From Candidatus Danuiimicrobium aquiferis (GTDB lineage: Bacteria > Omnitrophota > Omnitrophia > Omnitrophales > Danuiimicrobiaceae), in the NCBI GenBank assembly GCA_001804285.1, contig MHFR01000016.1, positions 13,975-77,974 on the forward strand: a stretch of DNA of 64,000 nt, written 5' to 3'. The translations under genes were made by a program, and so were the position numbers. Each line of letters starts with the position of its first letter. Positions within the stretch are counted from its first letter, which is position 1. Shown piece by piece: positions 28,775-37,554 of the stretch. The notes under the pieces were generated by a model. It did not search any database. It saw nothing but the letters and a program-made list of their open reading frames with translations, and was not told the DNA's origin.

Positions 28775-29694
28775 AATTAACAAGAAAAAATTTAAAAGGT
28801 TCAATGGTGGCGCTTGTGACTCCTCACAAAAAAGGGGAGATTGATTTTGATACGCTTAAAAAACTGATTGATTGGCAGATTGAAGAGGGCACGGACGTGC
28901 TCGTCCCGTGCGGGACGACCGGCGAGGCCGCGACCATGACACACGATGAGCATAAACGAATGATGTCATTTGTGATCGAATACGTAAATGGGCGTGTTCC
29001 CGTGATTTGCGGTGCCGGATCGAATTGCACGCAGGAAGCGGTTGGTCTGATTTCGCATGCAAAGAAAGCCGGGGCGTCTGCGGTTTTGCTTGTGACGCCC
29101 TACTATAATAAGCCAACGCAGGAAGGTCTTTATCGTCATTATGAATGTTTGGCGAAAACAGTCGATATACCTATTGTACTTTATAACGTGCCGGGAAGGA
29201 CGGGTGTCTCTATTTCGCCCGAGACGGTTGCGCGTCTTTCGAAAATTTCGTCGGTTATCGGAATTAAAGAGGCGAGCGGTAATATTGACCAGTCGAGCGC
29301 GATACTGTCGCTCTGTGACCTTGCGGTGGTTTCCGGAGACGACAGCCTGACGCTTCCGCTTCTTTCGATCGGAGCGAAAGGCGTGATTTCGGTGGTGGCC
29401 AATGTGGCGCCCCGGAAAGTTCATGAAATGGTGACGGCTTTTCTTGCCGGAAAAACGGATGAAGCGCGAAAGCTTCATTATGAACTGCTGCCGCTTGCGA
29501 AAAACTTGTTTATTGAAACGAATCCGATTCCGGTGAAAACGTCGCTCGCGATGATGGGTTTGGTTCGCGAGGAATTCCGCCTTCCGCTGTGCGAAATGGG
29601 GGAAGGGAACCGGAAAAAACTGGAAGAGGTCCTGAAATCCTGCGGGCTCCTGAAAGCAGGACAAAAAAAGTTATCAATGACAACGAAGGCGTAA
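28771..29694 (+). CDS. dapA: 4-hydroxy-tetrahydrodipicolinate synthase
   Basis: GTTGE, PYYNKP, YNVPGRT, GIKEAS, ETNPIPVK. Confidence 0.97.
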   Translation: MKLTRKNLKGSMVALVTPHKKGEIDFDTLKKLIDWQIEEGTDVLVPCGTTGEAATMTHDEHKRMMSFVIEYVNGRVPVICGAGSNCTQEAVGLISHAKKAGASAVLLVTPYYNKPTQEGLYRHYECLAKTVDIPIVLYNVPGRTGVSISPETVARLSKISSVIGIKEASGNIDQSSAILSLCDLAVVSGDDSLTLPLLSIGAKGVISVVANVAPRKVHEMVTAFLAGKTDEARKLHYELLPLAKNLFIETNPIPVKTSLAMMGLVREEFRLPLCEMGEGNRKKLEEVLKSCGLLKAGQKKLSMTTKA

Positions 29695-29697
29695 TCG

Positions 29698-30510
29698 ATG
29701 GAAAAACAACGTATCAAAATAGTGGTTGCCGGGGCTGCCGGCCGGATGGGAAAAGCGATTCTCGATCTTGCTCATCGGGACCGCGAAATTGAAATTGCCG
29801 GTGCGTTTGAAAAGGCCGATCATCCGATGACGGGAAAAACCGTCGGCGTATTGATAGGCGTGGATTCCATTCAGGTTCCGATCGATTCCGATATCGCAAA
29901 AACCATTGCGAAAGGCGATGTGGTGATTGATTTTACGCATTCTGATGTGACGCCGAAAATTTTTGAAACCGTATTATCGATGAGAAAAGCGGTTGTAATC
30001 GGGACGACGGGGTTACAGCAAAAATTTATCGAACAATTATCGCTTGCCTCCAAAACGATTCCAATTGTTCAAGCGCCCAATATGAGTATTGGTGTCAATT
30101 TACTTTTTCGGCTTGCGTCTATGGTCGGCGAAGTTTTGGATGACCGTTATGACGTTGAAATTGTGGAGGAACATCACCGCCATAAAAAAGATGCACCGAG
30201 CGGAACGGCCCTTGAGCTTGCCCGGCTCATCGCAAAGGCGCGAAAAATTAATTTGGACGAGAAAGCGATTTATGGCCGTCACGGAATGACGGGCGAGCGT
30301 TCACAAGGTACGATCGGAGTTCATGCGGTTCGCGGCGGAGATACCGTCGGATATCATCAAGTCTGTTTTCTGACGGAAGGCGAACGGGTCGAGCTGGTTC
30401 ATCGGGCGACTTCGCGAAACGCTTTTGCAGCCGGAGCTTTGAAAGCTGCGAAGTTCCTTGCGGATAAAAAGAGCGGGTTTTTTAATATGCAGCAAGTGCT
30501 GGGCCTGTGA
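29698..30510 (+). CDS. dapB: 4-hydroxy-tetrahydrodipicolinate reductase
   Basis: GAAGRMG, IDFT, IGTTG, EEHHRHKKDAPSGTA. Confidence 0.97.
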   Translation: MEKQRIKIVVAGAAGRMGKAILDLAHRDREIEIAGAFEKADHPMTGKTVGVLIGVDSIQVPIDSDIAKTIAKGDVVIDFTHSDVTPKIFETVLSMRKAVVIGTTGLQQKFIEQLSLASKTIPIVQAPNMSIGVNLLFRLASMVGEVLDDRYDVEIVEEHHRHKKDAPSGTALELARLIAKARKINLDEKAIYGRHGMTGERSQGTIGVHAVRGGDTVGYHQVCFLTEGERVELVHRATSRNAFAAGALKAAKFLADKKSGFFNMQQVLGL

Positions 30511-30576
30511 TGTGAAGTGAGATCGTCGAAACCAAAATATCGAATTTTAAAAAACAATAGCCGGGAAATAACAATT

Positions 30577-32187
30577 ATGATTTCAGGGCTAGTGAAGCGA
30601 AATAAATTTTTAGGTTTCTGTGCTTTGGTTTCTGTTTTTTTAATCTCGTTTTCTTTTCTGTCTAATGGTTTTGCCCAGACGGATCAAATTCCCAAAACTC
30701 CTCAGGCCTCTTCCGAGCAGCCGTCAGTTAACTATCTTTTTCGCGATTCTTTTTACGCCAATCCAAACCTCAAAGCCAAATATGACATCACGGAAGTCGA
30801 GGGGCTTCTGCTTGTTAAGAATCAGGATTTTTTGCGGCGGTCGAATTATTCGATTGTGACCGGCTTTGAAGGCTCAATCCTGGAGTCCCGTGTTTTGAAA
30901 AATGTCCGTTCCAAGGAAGAAGCTCAGGCCTATATTGAAAAGAATCTGAGAAAAATTCATTTCGAACGCATTCCTATCCGCGAGCTTCCGCTTGTTGAAA
31001 AAAACGGAACACCGACGTCCAGATTCTGGGTCGGGCAGCGCGCATTTTCGACATTAGAAGATGCAAAAACGAGTGTTGTCAACGCGAAAACCATGATTGA
31101 AACAGATGGCGGAAATTTCGACAAAGCGCTTGAACTTGTCGAAGAGTATTTTCCCGAAATGCCTGGTCCGACGGAAGAAGAAATTCGGGCGAATTACAAA
31201 CGCGAAGAAGAACTTGCGGTTAAAATGATGGATTGGCTTGATATCGGCGAAAAACTTTACGGGCCAATGACGGGAACGCCGATCGGTGAGCGGCTCCTTT
31301 GGCAGTCATTCGGGGAAACTTCTTTTCGCGATACAAATTTATCAAATCATAGTTTTGACGGACAGACAGGCTATTGGACGAACCGGTTGGTATTTAAAGG
31401 ACTCCGGTTTTTAGGAGAGCCGACACTTGATCCTTATGTTGAAGTGACTGCTGCAGCTGATACCGAAGGGCTTAACTATCCGAAGCATCTCGACTTGATC
31501 GGTGGTGTGGAATACCGCCCGCTTGGACGAGCGGCGTTTCTTGAGAATTTCAATCTCTATGGGTTAAATGTTCTCAAGTTTGCGCGAAGTTACCGGCTTT
31601 ATGTTCAGTACATGGAGCGTAAAAATTTGACCGATGAAATCGAAGGGAGCAGAGATACCGATCTTTGGGCAGGCTTGGATATTTTCTATGAGTGGGGCAT
31701 TGATCTTGAACAGCCGTGGGTAGGGCGCGACTCGAAAAGTATTTCCAATTTAATCCGGAATTATGTTTGGGGCGAGTATTACGGAAATTACCGGTGGGAA
31801 AAGACGGACTTTACTACCAATGAACATTTTCATTCCTGGATTTTAAATTCGACGGTGACGTTCGGCATTAAATGGCCGAGGATTGATCTTCCCAAGAACC
31901 CGATTAATGACGAATTCCTTCTCATGCCCTATCTGCGTTTCGAGCAAACAACAAATCCAAACCGGGAATTTTCATTTCAAAACCAAATGTATATGGCCGC
32001 CGGTGTCCGCTGGATGCCGTTTAGGAGTTATCAATTTATGAATAATGAGTGGCTGTTTAAAACAAAATTATTCGCCGAATATGCCGGAATCGGAGGCATT
32101 GGCCATCCCGGACCGGCCGGAAAATCACCCGATACGCCGGATTACGATTGGCGGTTCGGCGTGAACGTGTCGTTTAAACGGTATTAG
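30577..32187 (+). CDS. Exported protein with probable C-terminal beta-barrel
   Basis: Signal peptide (...GFAQ), aromatic-rich alternating strands, ends WRFGVNVSFKRY. Confidence 0.6.
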   Translation: MISGLVKRNKFLGFCALVSVFLISFSFLSNGFAQTDQIPKTPQASSEQPSVNYLFRDSFYANPNLKAKYDITEVEGLLLVKNQDFLRRSNYSIVTGFEGSILESRVLKNVRSKEEAQAYIEKNLRKIHFERIPIRELPLVEKNGTPTSRFWVGQRAFSTLEDAKTSVVNAKTMIETDGGNFDKALELVEEYFPEMPGPTEEEIRANYKREEELAVKMMDWLDIGEKLYGPMTGTPIGERLLWQSFGETSFRDTNLSNHSFDGQTGYWTNRLVFKGLRFLGEPTLDPYVEVTAAADTEGLNYPKHLDLIGGVEYRPLGRAAFLENFNLYGLNVLKFARSYRLYVQYMERKNLTDEIEGSRDTDLWAGLDIFYEWGIDLEQPWVGRDSKSISNLIRNYVWGEYYGNYRWEKTDFTTNEHFHSWILNSTVTFGIKWPRIDLPKNPINDEFLLMPYLRFEQTTNPNREFSFQNQMYMAAGVRWMPFRSYQFMNNEWLFKTKLFAEYAGIGGIGHPGPAGKSPDTPDYDWRFGVNVSFKRY

Positions 32188-32199
32188 GAGGAGTAGAGA

Positions 32200-35100
32200 G
32201 TGAAGAGGGCAGAGAAGAGAGTATCTTTTCGTGTCATCCCCGCATGTTTCCCTTGGGAAAGAAAGGGCCGGCCCCAGTTTTTCCGGGGTAGGCGGGGATC
32301 TACGATTCTGGATTCCCGACAAAAACATTCGGGAATGACACAGGTCTTGGGTATTTGCAAAATTTTTTTTAGTGTCCAGTGTCTATTGACTTTATTCTGC
32401 GCTTGTGTACTTACATTCTTTGCCCCATTGGCAGTGCACGCTATCGTCACCAACCAAACCAACGTTCTTGGTAATGAAAGTTTTGAGTTGGCGCTCGGTG
32501 GCTCCGGAAATTGGGATAATACGCCGGGGCGCGCAATTAGCAATCCCAGCATAACAGGTGCTGTTGATGGTGCGCATGTGCTTCGCTTAGGTGAAATTAC
32601 CGGTGGAAGTTATACATTTCAAACTGTGACTGGAGTTAAGGCAGGTGATTATATTGGTTTAAGTATTTATGCTCGTCGCCTCAACTCTGATGGTACCAAT
32701 TGCCAGTTTCTTATAGAATTTCAAACCAGTGCCGGAGCTCTTATTTCAAGCACCGTACCTGTCGAAGTTACTTCCTCATCTTTTATGCAACATACTACCG
32801 GAGACACTGCGCCTGCTGGTACCGGACAAATTGTGTATGTTTTGAGGCTAAATGGTGGCGTTGCGACAGGCGGTACAACTATCGGTGAATTTGATGCTGC
32901 CGTTGGAACGGTTTCGAGTTTGCCGATCATTATGGATTCTTCGGCTTCAAAGCCTAATCTTACCAAAGGAAGTGCTACATTTATCAGCAACCGGATGAAA
33001 AATATTTCTGGTAGTACGCTCAATAATGTTCAAATGGTGGTCACCGTACCGGAAGGATTTGTATTTATTGATTCTGCGTCACGGTTGGACGGAACACCGA
33101 TTAATTCTACGAAAGGTTCAAGAATCTTTTCGATTGGTTCAATCGGCGGGTTTGAGTATAAGGACCTCGGATTTTTGTTGGTGGCTTCGCAGGCGGTTCA
33201 GATTGGGAAACGATATGAAGTTTCGTTTTATGCACGTGACAGCGTTGCCGGAACGGTTCTTTCTAATATTCAAAGAATGGAAATTGTCATTTCTGCCGAC
33301 CCATTTTTCGACGAAGGAACGATTCTTGGGAAAGTGTTCGACGATAAAAACGAAAATGCGGTGCAGGACAAAGGTGAAGACGGTATCAGCGGCGTCAAAA
33401 TCGCGACGGAAGAAGGAATTGTGGTGGTGACGGATCCTCGCGGCCGGTATCACATTCCTGCAATCAAGCCGGGCCGGCATGTGGTTAAAATAGACGGGCA
33501 CACGCTTCCGAAGAATACAAAATTTGTTTCGGAAGAATCGGTGTTGATTAAAACCACAAACGGAATGATGAACGTCGTGAATTTCGCGGCGAAACTTCCC
33601 GAATCAAAAATCCCGGAGAGCCATCGCGATAAATTAAAAGTCATGGTGACGCAGGGAACGGATTTTGAAAAGCCGGAACTGGCCGTGACGATGCAGCCCG
33701 AAGTTCTGCGAATGGGCGTCGGAGTGTTTGAAGAAGATCCACGTTTTATTATTAATACGAATTACGGAGAGTTAATCGCGGGTTGGCGAATTGAAGTAAC
33801 GGATCAATTTGGCGAAAAAGTATGGGCAGGATACGGCCTCGGAGTTCCGCCTGCGGAAGCGCCGTGGACGGGAAAGAAAGCCAACCGTGATCCGGTGGAG
33901 AAGGGTATCTATGCGTACCGCTTAGTTGTCCGCGATAAAGAAGGCCATGAAGATTGGACGCCGCTCAGGTATTTCCGCGTTGTAAGCAAGCTTGATTCCC
34001 ACGTGCCCGATCATCCGGACATTCAGGTCCCGGCGGCGGGAAATATGGTGATCAATCGGGACGGCAAGCGCAGTATTCCGATTAATGCGAAACCGAAAGT
34101 TCTCATTCGCGGGACGACCCAACCGTGGAATACGGTGGCGGTGAATGGGGAACAGGCGACGGTTCATTTGGACGGAACGTTCAGCAAAGAAATATATGTT
34201 CCGCCCGGAAAACAATCTGTGACCGTAACGACTACAGATCAGAATGGGAATGCCGTTTCCTATCAGGAAGATGTGGATGTGAAAGATACGATGTTTTTTA
34301 TGGTTGGGTTGGGCGAACAGGAAATGGGAGCCAATTTTCTTGACGGGAATCTTGAAGCTTTGGGCCGCGACGAAAAATTCCATCAGGGATTTTATCAGGA
34401 CGGCCGGCTTGCGTATTATTTAAAAGCGAAAATAAAAGGGAAATTCCTCGTGACATCCCGTTATGATACCGACGATCCGCGAACTGCTTTCTTTACCAAT
34501 TTAGACCCCGATCAGTATTATCCGGTTTACGGGGATGATTCACAGATTCAATATGACGGCGAGACCGCCAACCGTTTTTATATTTTAGCCGAAATGGACC
34601 GTTCGTATTTGAAATGGGGGAGTTTCAGTACGAATTTTACAGATACTGAACTTGCGTCGCACAACCGGACATTTTCCGGCCTCAAGATTCATTATGAGAC
34701 GTTGGCCATGACGCGTTATGGCGACGCGAAACGGGGGTTTGCGGTTTACACGGCGAACGTCAAGCAATTGGGTGATCATAACGAATTTATCGGGACCGGA
34801 GGATCACTCTTTTATTTGCGGAATAAAAATGTGATTCAGGGAAGTGAAAAAGTCCGGGTGGAGGTTCGCGATTCCATTCAAAATATTCCGGTCTACAGCA
34901 AAGACCTTGTTTACGGCACCGATTATGAAATTGATTATCCTCAAGGGCGGATTATTTTGAGAAAACCGCTTTCGGCTGTGAGTTTCTCCGATTACATCAT
35001 CTCGAATGATATTTTGAACGGCAGCGATACCTATTTGCTGGTTGATTATGAATTTGATCCGCAAGGAGAAATGAATAACGGCAATAACGGAATTCGCGGG

Positions 35101-36948
35101 TATACGCATCTCGGCGACCATTTCAGGGTTGGAGGAACAGCGATTGAAGACCGGCAGCCGGGGAAGGATTACGATTTGCGGGGCGTTGATTTGACCGGAA
35201 AATTCGGAAAAAATACGAAAATAATGGCTGAATATGCGCGTTCACAAGGCAGCACGAACCGGAATGCGATCTCTTATAACGGTGGAATCACATTTACGGA
35301 TATGCCGACGGGCGAAAAGTTGCTTAAAAAACCGACGCGCTTGTTTGATGACGCTTATGCCGTGAAGGCTCAGACAAAATTGATCACGGGGACGGACGTT
35401 TCCGGTTATGTTCAGCGGATGGATCCGGGATTTTCAAATGCGGATTCCATCAGCCAGGCCGGGCTCCGGAAAGCGGGCCTTGAGATGCGCCATAGGGTGG
35501 GGGAAAATGTTGAGCTTCGCTATCGTTTTGATGATCAGAAGGCAACAGATCCGGGAAATAGCGCTGAAATTTTCACGGAAAGTCCGAGCAAAGGCCAGTT
35601 TCATACAGCACAGATGAAAGCCGATTACGATAACTATTTGGGTGCGGTGGAATACCGCTATCAAAACATCAGTACCTATGAATCGTATGACCGGTATCAC
35701 ACAAATGAATTTGATTCGTCGGCGTTTAAGAACGCACTCGGCGCAAAACTCGGATATAAATTAAGTGAAGGCGTGATGCCGTATGTGAAAGGACAGGGGA
35801 CTTGGGACGGACAAAACGGCGCAAATAATCAATTCGGTGGCGGGCTTGAATCGGACGTGATGGGCGGTAAAGGACGGGTTCGTGTGGAAGAAATGGTGGG
35901 CAATGTCGGAGATGCGACAACGCTTGGTTTTAATATGAAAACCTCCGAAACGACCGATGCCTATACGACGATTCAAACAGGCCCCGATCCGGAACACTTG
36001 AATCGTAACTATAGCACAACCATCGGAAGTTCGACGCAACTTGACAGTAAAAGCCGGTTTTACAGCGAGCGGGAACTTTCTTCATACCGGGTTGGCGATC
36101 GGGAGGCCAACATTCTGGGCTATGACCGGCAGCTTTCGGAGCGTTGGAGTGTTGGCGCGAATGTAGAGCGCGGTCGGCTTCGCGAAATTTCCGATGTGGA
36201 TACGGATCGTACGGCCGGCGCGGTCGAAGTGAGTTATTTAGATCGTGAGTTTCTTAAAATTATCAGCCGTTATGAATTGCGTTATGACCGCGGTGGGCCG
36301 ACGGACCGGATACAATTTCTCTTTCGGGATACGGTTGATTGGAAAATCAATGAAGATTTCCGTTATTCCGCACAGCTCAACCGTGGCGATAGCATCGCTC
36401 TTACGAATGTGCATAAAGACGGGCTGTTTACGGAATTCAACACAGGGCTTGCTTACCGGCCGGTCGCGAATAACCGTTTGAATGTACTGACTCGGTATAC
36501 ATGGCTTGAAAATATCGGAGCGGACAGTCAATTTGATACACCGGACATTTTTGGAATCGGGGTTGATGAATCGGCGCATATTTTTGGCCTTGAGTTTGGG
36601 TATGATGCGTTGCCGCCTTATTTGAGCGTGACCGAAAAATTGGGCTATCGCCGTTCGCTCCTTACGGCGGAAGGCGATACGCATGAAATCAGTAATTATC
36701 TTTGGGCGACCCGGTTTAATTTTCATGTGATCCGGAAATGGGATTTGATTGCGGAATACCGGCTGTTTTGGGATTTCGAGATGATCCAGGCTTTGAAACA
36801 CGGGCTCATTCTGGAAATAGACAGAGAACTGATGGACTATGTTCATTTTGGTATTGGTTATAATTTTTCCGACTTTACGGATGATTTACAGTCGCTCAAT
36901 AATTATGACCATCATGGGTTATATACGCGATTAAGCGGTAAATTTTAA
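32200..36948 (+). CDS. Large outer-membrane/surface protein (carbohydrate-binding-like N-terminus, DUF11/SdrD-B-like and Ig-like domains, C-terminal beta-barrel)
   Basis: GKVFDDKNENAVQDKGEDGISGV, VTDPRGRYH, GRLAYYLKAKIKG, YPVYGDDS, terminal ..YTRLSGKF; AGGAGG precedes the GTG. Confidence 0.75.
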   Translation: MKRAEKRVSFRVIPACFPWERKGRPQFFRGRRGSTILDSRQKHSGMTQVLGICKIFFSVQCLLTLFCACVLTFFAPLAVHAIVTNQTNVLGNESFELALGGSGNWDNTPGRAISNPSITGAVDGAHVLRLGEITGGSYTFQTVTGVKAGDYIGLSIYARRLNSDGTNCQFLIEFQTSAGALISSTVPVEVTSSSFMQHTTGDTAPAGTGQIVYVLRLNGGVATGGTTIGEFDAAVGTVSSLPIIMDSSASKPNLTKGSATFISNRMKNISGSTLNNVQMVVTVPEGFVFIDSASRLDGTPINSTKGSRIFSIGSIGGFEYKDLGFLLVASQAVQIGKRYEVSFYARDSVAGTVLSNIQRMEIVISADPFFDEGTILGKVFDDKNENAVQDKGEDGISGVKIATEEGIVVVTDPRGRYHIPAIKPGRHVVKIDGHTLPKNTKFVSEESVLIKTTNGMMNVVNFAAKLPESKIPESHRDKLKVMVTQGTDFEKPELAVTMQPEVLRMGVGVFEEDPRFIINTNYGELIAGWRIEVTDQFGEKVWAGYGLGVPPAEAPWTGKKANRDPVEKGIYAYRLVVRDKEGHEDWTPLRYFRVVSKLDSHVPDHPDIQVPAAGNMVINRDGKRSIPINAKPKVLIRGTTQPWNTVAVNGEQATVHLDGTFSKEIYVPPGKQSVTVTTTDQNGNAVSYQEDVDVKDTMFFMVGLGEQEMGANFLDGNLEALGRDEKFHQGFYQDGRLAYYLKAKIKGKFLVTSRYDTDDPRTAFFTNLDPDQYYPVYGDDSQIQYDGETANRFYILAEMDRSYLKWGSFSTNFTDTELASHNRTFSGLKIHYETLAMTRYGDAKRGFAVYTANVKQLGDHNEFIGTGGSLFYLRNKNVIQGSEKVRVEVRDSIQNIPVYSKDLVYGTDYEIDYPQGRIILRKPLSAVSFSDYIISNDILNGSDTYLLVDYEFDPQGEMNNGNNGIRGYTHLGDHFRVGGTAIEDRQPGKDYDLRGVDLTGKFGKNTKIMAEYARSQGSTNRNAISYNGGITFTDMPTGEKLLKKPTRLFDDAYAVKAQTKLITGTDVSGYVQRMDPGFSNADSISQAGLRKAGLEMRHRVGENVELRYRFDDQKATDPGNSAEIFTESPSKGQFHTAQMKADYDNYLGAVEYRYQNISTYESYDRYHTNEFDSSAFKNALGAKLGYKLSEGVMPYVKGQGTWDGQNGANNQFGGGLESDVMGGKGRVRVEEMVGNVGDATTLGFNMKTSETTDAYTTIQTGPDPEHLNRNYSTTIGSSTQLDSKSRFYSERELSSYRVGDREANILGYDRQLSERWSVGANVERGRLREISDVDTDRTAGAVEVSYLDREFLKIISRYELRYDRGGPTDRIQFLFRDTVDWKINEDFRYSAQLNRGDSIALTNVHKDGLFTEFNTGLAYRPVANNRLNVLTRYTWLENIGADSQFDTPDIFGIGVDESAHIFGLEFGYDALPPYLSVTEKLGYRRSLLTAEGDTHEISNYLWATRFNFHVIRKWDLIAEYRLFWDFEMIQALKHGLILEIDRELMDYVHFGIGYNFSDFTDDLQSLNNYDHHGLYTRLSGKF
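32232..32340. repeat. REP-like element in frame within the N-terminus of the large surface protein gene
   Basis: Near-copy of 27769-27878. Confidence 0.85.
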
Positions 36949-37003
36949 TTGTTTCGAAGAAATGCATTGATTACAATTTCCCTTAAGGGAAAAGGAGGCT
37001 CGG

Positions 37004-37438
37004 GTGAAAAAATTTTTTAATGGTTTTATTTTCTTAATGATCGGAGTCATGTTGGTGATTGGCGGATGCGCCAGCGTAGAGGGGCCTAAATGTGATCAAG
37101 TGCTTGTTTATGAGCAACCCTATGATTTGACTTACCTGCGGGCGTTGGAAGCCATGAATGAATTTCAAGGTTGGCTTCTTGAAGCAACCGATAAAGGGAC
37201 CGGCGCCATACGGCTTCGCAATACTGAATATGGGCATATGTTTGATCGTGATAAAGCGGTTGCCGATGTGGTGGTGAAACGGATCTCGAAGGATAAAACT
37301 TCTATCTCCTTAGCTCCTGATTCACAAATGGTTTTGAAGGGTAAAGAACTGCTTGAACATATTGATACCTGTTTGAAATCAAAACCTGCACATCGAAAGG
37401 TTGATGCACCGGTGACAGGGGATAAAAAAGCAGGTTAA
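37004..37438 (+). CDS. Putative lipoprotein
   Basis: GGAGG RBS, signal peptide, IGGC lipobox. Confidence 0.75.
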   Translation: MKKFFNGFIFLMIGVMLVIGGCASVEGPKCDQVLVYEQPYDLTYLRALEAMNEFQGWLLEATDKGTGAIRLRNTEYGHMFDRDKAVADVVVKRISKDKTSISLAPDSQMVLKGKELLEHIDTCLKSKPAHRKVDAPVTGDKKAG

Positions 37439-37554
37439 TTTAAACGTTCCATTTCTTTCTGAAGAGAACCGCGGGCAGAGGCTGATTCCTTCCGATTGTA
37501 TTTTCATATGAGGCATTCTATTACTTCCGCAGTCAGTGACTTTTGAGCAGGAAC

